Source: Marsupella aquatica (Eukaryota; Plantae; Marchantiophyta). From it: a DNA stretch of 64,000 nt. Both the position numbers and the translations under genes were made by a program. Below, one piece after another: positions 22,581 to 34,100 of the stretch (its first letter is position 1; each line of letters begins with the position of its first letter). The notes below the pieces were generated by a model. It was given only the letters and a program-made list of their open reading frames with translations. It was not told the origin of the DNA and searched no databases. The stretch lies in the NCBI GenBank assembly GCA_973895155.1, contig OZ316892.1:16172357-16236356 (forward strand), given 5' to 3'.

Positions 22581-24960
22581 GGGCCTCATGGTGGTGGTGG
22601 GACTGGTTGCACTTGGAGTATCTCCTCGTGAATTTGCCAGAGTCCGTTCCATGTACCATAATCCAGTGCCATTTCGTGTTGCGCTAGCTTCCGGGTACGT
22701 GATCTCCCCATTCCGGATCTTGGCTCTAAGCCTGGCCCAGTCTCGTTTGAGGTAGATGCCCAGTCAATGCCATACTTTCCGAATAACTCCGTGTGGATTA
22801 GGTTGGGTGTGTTCAATAAAGTGTAAGCATCAATCCTTCCAAATGGACCAGCAGACCCGAGTAACATGCCATAGCTTCCCTGGAATGTCCCATTCATCTG
22901 GTAGCTCCTCTCCAGCAAAAATATGTGTTTGCCTATAGTTGTATCCAATACCCCTGAGAGAAGACGCTTTGCTGAAGGATGGATTGTAAAGGGCAGCCTT
23001 GCCTAACTGAGCGCACTAAGGTGAAAGGAGATGCCATTCTCCCATTGATCAGTACAGCCAATGAAGCAGAAGCCTGGGTGGCTGCCAGGCATTGCATGAT
23101 TAGTCCGTCAAACCCCATCTTCTCCATCAGCATCAATAGAAAGTGCCATTCCAACTTGTCAAAGGCTTTGACATAATCTAACTTCAGTAGAATGTAGTCC
23201 AAACCGGAACCCTGGTAAGAATGCGAATTGCTGGTGCGATATAATCCGTTGCAAAATAGGGAGCAACCGCAATTGAAGAGCTTTGGCTCCAATCTTATGT
23301 GTAACATTGAGTAATGTATGGGACGCTTGTTGGACACAGACCTTTGGTAGTAGAACAATGAGGCCTCGGGTGACTACGGGAGAGAAAGCCCCGTCAATCA
23401 TTCCTTGTAGAGTTGTAGTAGAGCCCTAAGAAGGGAAGGTCCCACCATGTGCCAGTGTGCCACGAAGAATTCTACTAGTACCCCATCGGGGCCAGGGCAT
23501 TTATTGGTGGCCAATGCGTTGGGTGCTCTCCCTACTGTAGTTCTTCCATGGTTAGTGGTGCGTTCAGCAAGTCGAGGTCCTCAATTGTGATGCGCTTGTT
23601 TTGGAGATGGAGGACATGTGTCACCTGTTCCCACTGGAATCCAGCTGAATTGCCAAGAAGGTCTTGGAAGAAGTTGGTGGCGGTGCGGGCTAGATCATCC
23701 CATTCACTAACAATTTGCGCCTCAGGGGTGAAAAAGGTGAGTGATTTCTTTATTCATAGCCAGCCCACTGAAGCTTTGAAAGAAAAGTTTGAGCATTTAT
23801 CTCCCTCTCCAATCCACCTTGACTGCAGGATGAAGTCCATCCAGCAGACCTTCTCAGCTTCAAAGTCCAGCAAAAGAGCCTCAAAGATTCTTGGGTGAAA
23901 GGATTTTGCGGGTCTCGTTCGAGTTGAAATTGGGCAAGAGCCAAATTTCGTCGGAGTAGGTCTTCATTGTGCCGCCTCTCAGCTGCCTTGCATTTACCCC
24001 AGCTCTGATTGATCTTTCTGGCCTTTCTGAGGCAGCGGATCAAGGTTAAATTAGGCGTCATGCCTCGGGATCTTCATATCTCGTCCTCCTGCTCCCACAT
24101 GAGGGAAATACGCTCCTGGAAATCACCCTGGAATTGATGACTAATATTCATCCCGTGGAGAGATTGCTGCTTGATATGCAGTGTGGGTGTGAGCATGGCA
24201 CGAACTGGTGCATGATCAGATAGCGATAAACGAGGCAGGATAGTGGAGTACATTTCAAATCTCTCCCGAGAGGTCCCCTGGATGTGTATATTCGATCGAG
24301 CCTTCGCAGGACCCTGTCGGATGGTATTAGCAGCGAGCCAGGAAAATGGCAAAAATTCGTTTTATTATCCCAACTGAATCCAAGGTGGCCCGGGTTCTCC
24401 TGAAAAGTGTCCACGAGATGGAGGCGTCGCTTGAGGTGGCGCCATGCTCTGCTCTCTCTGCCTGCAACGATTGTGCCAGTGCCTCCCTTCTGATCATTCT
24501 GCTCGATCATGTTGAAGTCCCCAAGCAGAATCCAAGTGAAAGAAGGGTCCAAACGATTGAAAAGAGTCCTCTAGAGATCAGTCCTCTCCCTAGCAGAATT
24601 AGGAGTGTAGATCCCAAGGAAGCCCACCTGGCCAAGAACAGCATGAACCAGACAACACCAGGCGGCCCGGCCACATTCAAGCACTCCCTCAGAAATTAAA
24701 TTACATGTTGATAAAGATGTGGCTTAATGGCTAATGCCAATCCGCCCGAACCAGCCTCCACCCTATTGTTTCGGAGTGAATGTACCACGTCCGCAGTTGG
24801 AGCACAGACCCAGTGTAGTACTCCAAACTTTGCGCAACTTGGAGATTCTGCCAACAGGTAGTTTATGCTCCTGGATACAGATGATATCAGGGGAATGTTG
24901 TAGCCCCTCCAGGAGAATCTGGCTCGGAGGCGGCGTCTCCTTGATGCCAAGCCCCGCAGG

Positions 24961-25124
24961 TTGTATGTCAGAATGGTAAGCTTAATGGTAAGCTTGAGCA
25001 TTGTGAGAAGGGGGAATTTTGTAACATGGAGAGAGGAGGTGTTTGTATGTCAGAATGGTAAGCTTAATGGTAAGCTTGAGCATTGTGAGAAGGGGGAATT
25101 TTGTAACATGGAGAGAGGAGGTGT
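24961..25124. repeat. Perfect 82-bp tandem duplication at the LINE ORF1/ORF2 junction, containing a nested 12-bp duplication
   Basis: 24961-25042 is identical to 25043-25124; each copy contains aatggtaagctt twice. Confidence 0.95.
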
Positions 25125-27265
25125 GCAGGTTCCCCTAGTCGGGGCCGCTTGACTCTAGATGGGGTATTGCAGGGTGACAGCGGTAGTGGGTCAGAGTCAG
25201 TCTCCGACGATTCTAGGGGGAAATGTTGTTTGCGGATGGTGACTTTCCCACTGTCAGTGGGGAGTTGAGGGGAGATGGAGAGCAGTGGTGCCGACTCAGT
25301 GGTTGAGCGTGTCACCTCAATTGCAATCCTCATAAGATGGTGGTTGCGTAGATCCATTAGAGTGTGTTGGCCTAACAATCCAGACCTTCCTTGGTGGTTT
25401 CCTGGGATTTGAGGGGGGCTGGGCCGGGATTGCATTGGCAGCTAGGTCCTTGATAGGGGCCACCACGTCCTCTTGTCGGGTATCACAACCAACCTCTTGC
25501 CATTGTGAATGAATTGCCCCTTGGTGCACACCCGGAGGGAGGACGGATTGCGATTTGTCCGGCTGCTTTCGAGTAATCAGGGAGGCCCTATGTTTAGCTC
25601 TGCGTTGAAGATGTCTGAGGACTTGGATGACTGTGATCTGGTGGAACCTAGGGTCGCCGATGATGCAGGTTTGTCGCCTTTGCTGATCTGTTCTGCTTCA
25701 AAGATGGCAGCCCTCGTTGCGAGATGCTGTAACTCGGCTTCTTCACGCTGTTGTTGCTCCTCCGCTCGACCCCTCCAGTATTCTGCCTTCGCTCTGGATT
25801 TCTCCGCCTTCTCCTGACACTGGTGTAGCACCACCGCCTCCAATCGCACCTTTTGCTGTGTCGTGTTGGTTGACGCAATTGGGTGCACCGCCTCTTCGCC
25901 TGGAGCGTTGAATTGAAGCGTATGGCCTTTGAAGAAGGGTGGTCGTGGCAGCGGACACTTTGAAGCGAAGTGTCTGTAAGAGAAGCAGAAACAGCAGCGG
26001 AGGTTCTTCCCAATATAATCAAAGCAGATAGTGTACGTAATGCCAGGGCTGCTAAGTTGGAATTTACCATGTGCAGGAAACACCTTAAGAGTGGTCATCA
26101 CAATCGCAGAGATGTGATGTTGTTCGGTGCCTGGAGCTTGTTTCGCGTGGATGAAACGCCCAATGGGTGCTGCAACAAATTTGATGTACTAGTAGATCTC
26201 CGGGTTGCCTCGTTTGGTGTAGACAGAGACCAGATGCTTGAAGTCCGGTGTATTTGGTGTGTAGTCGTTAACAGCTGCAAACCGGTCCAAAGCCTTGAGA
26301 GGGGATGCGTGTAGTAAGCTTTGCTTGATGTGATCCCCCAAGTTTGCATCAAATTGTACAACAAACAAAGCCTGCGGCAACTCATCATGCAGGGACAGCT
26401 TGATTTCATGCTCTTGATTGTAGGCCGAGATCTAGTCTTTAGCTAGCCTTGTATCAAATTCAGATTCGAATGCAAGCACCACCTTGTTTCCATAGATCCT
26501 TTTCGTCCCAAGCTGAAGGACCTCCTTGGGAATGTAGAACATCTCCTGTGTTAGGACGGTGGGGATGGACGGAGAACGTCGATCGCCTTGTGTTTTGTCG
26601 GTGGGAGCGATCTGCGATGCATCATGGTGCCTTGAATTCGCTGAGTGAGCAGGTGTACGTCGCTGAGAATGTCTAGATGTGCTGCTGGCCATGTCACTCT
26701 GCAAATTCGGTCGGTAAAGTTAATGGAAGGCGGGTAGCTGGAGCGCAATGTAGCTGAGGGCGAGTGAAGAGAAGGATTCTTGCCAAAGAGTTGACCCTGA
26801 GCCCCAACAATGAATTTTGGGGAGAGTCAGACTGGTTTGAAGCGTAGAACGGATGAGATGAGATCAACGCGACGATTCCAGATAGGCCGCGCAAAATCCC
26901 GAGGCCACTTTCTCAGCTGGGGTGTGAGAAAAAAGTGGCGATAAGGCAGGGCCGCGTCCAGTGTTGTTTCTATCCCTCCCTGCACACTGGATTCAATGAC
27001 AGTGTGCAAAAACGCAACAAATGCAGGCTGGATGTCCAATTCTTTCGTAAAACGTGTAGATGTGGCGGGGAGTTTAGAAACAAGTAGACGAGAGATCACT
27101 CAGCGTGTTTTGAAATCGTCGCAGTACCCTGAGTAATTCTAGGCTCGCTGTTAGGAAGAGACATGCGAGGATGAAGCAAATCGAGCGGTTAAGCTAGCTG
27201 TTAATACAAGACAAATTGTCCGAGTGGCTGAGAATTAGCATGGTTTGAAAATTTCACGAACGGCA

Positions 27266-27380
27266 GGGCGGGAAGTCCGGGGGTGAAAGAGTGTAACTTG
27301 GAAAGCGCCCCCTGAATCCAGACCCGGGAAGTTACATTCCCATCCTGGCTGAACAAACGGCTGTGTTCCGCATCCCGCTC
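27266..27380 (+). other. Candidate structured (pseudoknotted) RNA element of unknown class
   Basis: Closing stem 27266-27273/27373-27380; stem 27279-27285/27306-27312; crossing 11-bp stem 27289-27299/27329-27339; small hairpin 27346-27363. All non-Watson-Crick pairs are G-U on the + strand. Confidence 0.35.
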
Positions 27381-28186
27381 CTCGCGTTCTCTCTCCCCTC
27401 ACCGGGTTTCACGGAGCCCTACATCGTACCCGCCATCTTCCTACGTACGTTACATTTATCGTGACATCAGTAGTTTCTCTTCTGCAGTAAAACGCATCGA
27501 TACTGGGCTAAAGCCAAAGAATGCAACTACACAATAGATTGAGAAGGTGGAGGGAAATGGGTACGTCAGTAACGAATTTGGACCAGATTGGACAGGATCG
27601 AGATGCCCACGATCCAGTGAACAAAAGTTTTGTTCACTGTACTGCCGGCAGGGTTCGAGGATCTTCCATAACCACCATAACCAGGTTTCTCTGGTCACAT
27701 GGGTCTCTTCGGTCACACGAAAGCTCACTGAATCGCATTTTGCCTCCATACTTTATACCAGCTCTTTGGTCACACGAATATTGAATAGAGTGTCTTCGCC
27801 TCAAGACTTTCTATGCCCGTATACCTTACAACAGATTCTACCCTGGCAAACTAATTGGAGCACAACTTAACCCATGAAAGAGCTCCTTTCGTCACAATAT
27901 AAAGTTTGAATAACTTGCGTTTACCCTACCCTCCAATGCTAATTTGAGATTTTGAGTCCCACCCAGTACTTGACCTTCAGTCAATTACAGTATCTTCTTG
28001 ACAACATCCCTCTTTACTAAAGCAGTGACCCACGGTCTAACAACAACCCCCCCCCCCCCCGCAAGGTAGGTCGAAGGTAATATGTACTTGTTTAGGTGCG
28101 TGAAAGCTTGACTAAAAGGTCGCTCGTAGACATCAAACAGTGTGATCTACAAAAAATATGTTTATGATCACAAAAGAATGAATGAA

Positions 28187-31100
28187 TCAGTCGTTGAGAG
28201 AGCAAAGCATGGCAACGCCTCGTTTGATCCAATGCGTGGGCGGCTGCTTTGTGGGCATGCGAATGCTCATAAGAAAGTTGGTGGAGTGGCCTGTTGTGGC
28301 AAGTACGCCTCTCCTCTCTGCTGTGCGATAGCACGGGCAGTTGTAGGTCATGGAAGGTTGGATGTCGACAATGCGACACGGTTTGAGCCAGATTATGGGT
28401 GCACTGACGTAAAGAATCTTGGGCTTGGATTCACACAGGACTTTGTAATTGAGATCCCACGCGCATCCCTCCAAGAATAAGCCATCGATGTAGACTCCTT
28501 CTTCGGGCGGTGCCTGCAATATCGTAGAGGTTGTCCGGTCGAATAAATAATTAGTGCATGCCGAGTGAGTATAATGATTTGTGCCTGCTGGTCTTCTTTG
28601 CATGGCAAGGCTTCTGCTAAGAGTTATCCTAAATTATTTAAAGGGAATGCACGTTGTGGATGGCAACTTTTATTATAACATTTTTGGCTGGAATTTGTCC
28701 CGCCTGCGAGTTTAAGGGCCTTGAGCAGTGGCTTGGCTTGAGCATGGGCTACTGTGATCAATGCTTTCTTTCCAGTTTATAATGCGTAGTATAAGGCCGA
28801 AGGAGAAATCTGCTCTAGGTGAATGTAAAGGGATGAATGGACATGGACTCATGTCAGAAGGATGGACTGACAGCGGTATTCTATCTGACACTTCATTCTA
28901 GCAGAAAGGCAGGGTTGAGAGAACTTTAACCTGTGGCTCATGGTCCATCATGACGAAGTCAAAGGCAATGCCGTCAATGGCCAGTTTCTTTTTGCGTGCA
29001 TAATTCTGAAGCGCGGCGGTCATGAAAGACTGCGCGAAGAAGAAACCGCTCACCCAGCTCACCGCTGGTCGTCCATGGTCGAACCAGTGCCTCAACACGC
29101 GAACACGCTCTAACAGATCCTTGACATATGATGATAATGGCTTCAATGATGGATAGGATACCTTGTTCCACAATGCGGGCACCTGATTGACTGCGAGACT
29201 CCTGTAGGCCACTTCCAGCTCCGCTGACATAAGAATAAGCCCTGCGATGGACTTCTCTATACTCATCAGTGACGATCGGATCCTGCGTAAGTAAACAATC
29301 ACACAACCATATACAATCAGTGCATTCGCATGAAATATGAGTTACTTGAGCAGCAGAGACTTACAAACAACATTCTGTTTGCTGTCATTTACTTGGACTA
29401 TATTGTGCTCACATTAGAGCGTGAGTTGAAAGCCAGAATGTGAGAAGAATGGCGATGCCATGAGGCCAAGGCAGGGCCAATGCCTGACTAGCAGAAGTGA
29501 GGACTGTACCGCAAATGATCTCATTTAGGAGGGAGCGAGGTTTCACTTTAGGCAATAGATACAATCGTCTTTGAGATAGCTACACTCCGTACATAGATAA
29601 CAGAATCATGCTGAAGAGAGTTGCACAAATGAAAACACAACAGACAAGACAGTCAATTCTATGGAGGAGAGGTTTCGGAAGGTAGCCATGATCCATCGGC
29701 TAAAGCCCATAAAACAATTTGGGTCCTCATCAGAAAATGATGCACTTACCTGTCCAGAAGTTTGTTGAAGCGGGTCATCTCTTGGCTGAGCACTGTGTTC
29801 ATGCTTTCTTCGTAAAGAACGGGATACTTGATCTCACAAGCTTCAATGTCAAAGTTTGGCGGTAGAGTTCTAAGAATCTCTTTCACAACTCCGGCAACAG
29901 CATCCCCTCCTCCACTTCCTCCACTGACTGCTCCAGTCCCAACAGCATCTGCTGATGCTAGTAGGAGGGAGTTCAAGATGAGGACCGTGCCATTCGTTTC
30001 TTTTGTGATATCTGCATTGGCATGCAACCCGAAAGCCTCTGGCATTGTGATTAGAGGCAAGGCTTCTATTATCTCTACATATTTCTCAAATTTTGCCGGC
30101 TGCGGAGTTGTGTAAATGCCAGATTCTGATAACTTATACCCTGGGACTGTCATCTCGACACAATAAACATTCCTCAAAAGTGTATTGAGCAACAGCCGAT
30201 CTTTGTCATCTGCAACCAAAAGTCAGGTTCAGGCTCAGCTGATGCTGATGCGATTAAGGATCGATCTGACGCGTTGTTTCGCTTTGGTGCGATACTTATT
30301 CGGTCTTCACTCACCCAATTGTTGGCTTACAGGACGAGAAAAAATTGTGCAATTCATTAATATTATTGTGCGTAAGTGGAGGAGCTTCATCCTTTTGACG
30401 ATTCTCATGCGATGAATTGTTAACGAGATCTTTTACCACCCATCTGCACTGCTCTACTATGCCACAGATGATATGGTCATCTAAGAGTTGAGGCAAGTTG
30501 ACCTGTAACTCGACCACCATAGTTGCATTCCCCTGTAACATAATTGAGGGCGTCAAGAGGGAGCTCATTTTCTGCACTATCATTGACCAGCATATGCAAT
30601 TGTCTTACACTGCAGGGAGGCGTCCACTGAATACCCTCAGAATGATATCGAATATAGAGCAGTCCCAAGAACTTCAAATTGTCATCCTCTGAAGACGAGA
30701 CCCCGATCGCTTGACAAAGAAACAATTGATTGGTAATAAAGAGGTGCAAATTGGCTGCAAAGTCTGACGATGAATGCGAATTGATAACAAACGCTAAGAA
30801 ATAGCATAAATGGAGGGCACTTCCAAAATTTACCTGATTCTTAAATCGCCGTCATCAAAACCATATGGAATGTTCCAGCCAAGAGGTCCGAAAGTTCGCC
30901 TTTCCTGTACCACCCCGTGGAAGAATGTGATTCCAAATAGGAAGCTTTTGAAAATATCTGGTTTTTTGCAGCTTTCAAACCAGTCCTCGTTTGACAATGG
31001 ATCCAGGTTATATGTTCGTCGCATATTGGAGCGCAAGCCCTTAGGGGGCTCATTCGTCATCTTCACTCCATTCTGTGCAAGAAGTTCAGAGAATAGAGAA

Positions 31101-34100
31101 CTTATCAATTTCAAAAAGATATGCCCGATTCTTTCCCTGTTTTCTCATACAACATTTGGATCCCAACTCAATGAACAATGGCGTGTTTGACGGGTGACGA
31201 CGTCAACTATTATTACATCAAGAGGGACACAATCTAATTAAACCCACTACTTGCAACTAACTGATTTAAAATTCAGACTGTTTACAAATATAGCAATTGA
31301 GGAGTGAAACATAAGTATTTCCTGTAACGTACACGTGGAATTCACAATCAAATAGTCTTACATCATCAGAGTCCAAACCGAGATTTTGTAGAGGTTAAAA
31401 ATGACATAAAGCAGGCAATTATACCTAGCAGCACTCAGTTTAGTGTGTGGTTCTTTCTTCAGAGTGATTATTCCTTTATTTAAAATAACGTACCTGAAGG
31501 ACAGCAATCGGAAATTTAGGGCTCGGATAGGAAGTCATCCACAGTCGAAAATCTTGATGAACTGTTTCAGGAGCGAATTTCTCACAGATCCTTTCAAGAT
31601 CTGGCATCCACGATGGCGCTAGGTGGCAATTTTGTAGTAGAACCCATGAACCTATTGCAAAATTGAGTCAGATGTACTAATGTTGAAATTGTCTCCAATG
31701 CATAGCTTGCAATTGTCTTAATATAGAGGATTGACCTGAGTTCATTTCGATTTAACTGCGACATGAAATTAGCACGGCCCACTTGATGGAACACATATTG
31801 AAGGAAAACTACGGTTGTGGATGATTATTCTGCACAAACTAATTACTCAAGCATATTAGTTAACTGAGACTACGTCGGCTTGTCGCTTTTGTACCGGCAA
31901 CTGAGGCATCGTTTATCATTACTGTCGCTTTGGGTCCTTGGCCCTGACCAAGAGATATAGGAGCCACTTTATCAGCCATCTCCCGCTCGCCTGTAGAGCA
32001 CACCAAGGAAGTGTCGGCCTCATTTAGCTTCGCTTTAGGCTTGAGCAAGTTCTTTGAAGCAATACTGAGTTCTAATTGGTGAGACCAGGATGCAAAACAA
32101 AGAGGGCAGTGACATCGTTGGACGCACTGGGAGTGGAGCTCATCAGCATGTCATTCATATTTATCGTGAGAAGAGAAAGGCTTACTTGCATAGCTAAGAA
32201 GCGCTGCTGTAGGATCGCTCCCTTGTGATAGAACAAAAATGAGAGGGCAAGTGGAACTAGAATCTTTATAACAGGAATCCAGATTGAATGGTGGAGGCAA
32301 AACAAATTTAGGTCCCAATTTCTCAGTGACGAAGTCTTGGATGGCTGGGATCACTTTATCGGGTCTAATGCATCTGTACACAAGTAGTCTTTGGAATGTG
32401 TTCAACCGATCTGAATATGGCCTCGGTAGTTGAGTTTTGTGTGGTTCCATGGAGTCAAACACTGCTCTCCATTCTCGCATATTGCTGACAATGTGCTTAT
32501 TGATACCTGAGAAGGTTTCAATCTGTGACAAACGATTGAGCTCTCCCCATGACTTATCTAGAAGCCAATCCTTTGCAGGATTTTCTGGGTCTTCTCCTGA
32601 TGCCATGCCTCCAGTCAAAAAGAACATCCACTCTTTGATGGTAACCTCGCCCTTCATTTCAAGAAGTCTTGAAGTAAGCAAACATGAGAATAAAAGCTTG
32701 TCCTTCTCAAACAATGAGCGACAGACGTTGCAGTAGAGTGAATATAGAAAGTGAGCCTGGATAATATCCAAGCGCTTTTGTACCTCTGAACACTTGTCAC
32801 TTGAAATAATAGAGTTAATTAGAAGAGAGACAAACCAGGGCAAACTGTACTGATACATTGGATCGATATTTGCCAAATCTGTGATGCAGAAAAACAACAC
32901 AGCAGCATAATATCCACAGGACTGGTAGCCTTTCCGAGCTTCATCAATGTTCTTTTCTGTGATCTCCGCTAAACCCTGTCAATCGCAGAGGAATTTGTTA
33001 GCACCCACGCTACTGAAATTTCCTGTCAAGGGCAAACTAAGTCATTGGCATTCAAAGCTACAAGATCTTTGGGAAAATCAAGCTGGACAGGTAGTAGGAC
33101 AGACAAGGTGCAATAGAAGCCAAGAAGTCCAGCGAGTTGGACCCCAAATAAACATCCAAGAAATAAATGGGGGCTATATGTTTGACATTTTCCCTGGATC
33201 CCATTGTAATACATGTGTGTCTTACATTTTTTAGCACTACAAAAAATGAACTGAGTGCACATTGCTGTCACGCGTGTAAAGCTTGCTAATTGCCGGCGGT
33301 AATACTATTAAAGTGGAATTTCTTGCTACGGTAGCAATACGCACAAACTTCCACATATCTGAGATATGTGAAGTCCTAAAGTGTTTGACAAGATTCCCCA
33401 AAGCCACATGTTAGGATCCAAGGAATCGTTTTGTCTCACTTGCTTCACTGTGATGTCATTTCCTACAACCTTTGCCTCAGATATAATTTTAATAGCTGTT
33501 TCATCCTCGAGTATGTTGCCCTCACTGGTTGAGAGGACTTCAAGAATTTGATCTTCCAACTCTTTTAGCCTCCGTTTATTCTCTGCACCCTGAAAACAAA
33601 TGAGACAAAGCGTCATCATACCTTAAATGGAGAAGATCTAAACCTTGGAATCCAAGATTTCGGGCTATACCTCTAAATAAATTTTGTTGTCACAGTCCAG
33701 CTTTAGGATAGGTACTGCAATGACAGATAAGTTACTGAAACAGACAGAAAAGGATATGTACGTAATCTGTGAGGAACTCTCCTTGTTCAGCGATTGGCCA
33801 AGAGAGGAAACAGAATCATGAGTACATTCATAGTTCACCATCTACTGAATTGAGGTACCAAAATCTTTGAAATCATATATCGATGGCCATTGCATGATCA
33901 AGAGAACAAACAAACCTGAAAGACAAGAGCACTCTTTTGTTGCTCCAAATCTGGACGCTCTTTGGCAACAACTACTCCCAAAAGCTGGTCCGATAGGCCA
34001 TCCTTAGTAATCATGAAGTTCAGAAGAGATACTTTCACTTGGGTTTCTGGTAGATAATGAGGGTTTCGCAGTTTAGTCGTGATATAGAAGCGGAAGTCAT

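Larger units (their letters stand above)
22525..26720 (-). mobile_element. L1-type LINE with ORF1 (zinc knuckle) and ORF2 (APE endonuclease, partial RT); decayed and internally deleted
   Basis: ORF1 starts at ~26692 and has CCFCFSYRHFASKC (CCHC). ORF2 starts at ~25001 with TYNLRGL, ICIQEHK, LLGDFN, SDH, then LKLDYVKAFD and VRQGCPL. It then jumps to C-terminal sequence ending VQPVPPPP* at 22586. Many frameshifts and stops; the 5' boundary is approximate. Confidence 0.9.

Noticed and set aside
27266-27380. Assignment of the structured element to telomerase RNA, RNase P/MRP RNA or a cobalamin riboswitch
   Set aside because: No telomeric template; too short and lacking the remaining conserved regions for RNase P/MRP; GGGAA and GCCCCC are present but the other B12-element motifs are not.
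27417-27460. CCCTACATCG resembling the plant snRNA upstream sequence element
   Set aside because: Imperfect match, no clear TATA box, and no recognisable snRNA downstream.
28047-28060. C14 run (G14 on the dynein sense strand) in the probable 3' UTR
   Set aside because: Simple homopolymer of uncertain length with no supporting evidence of function.
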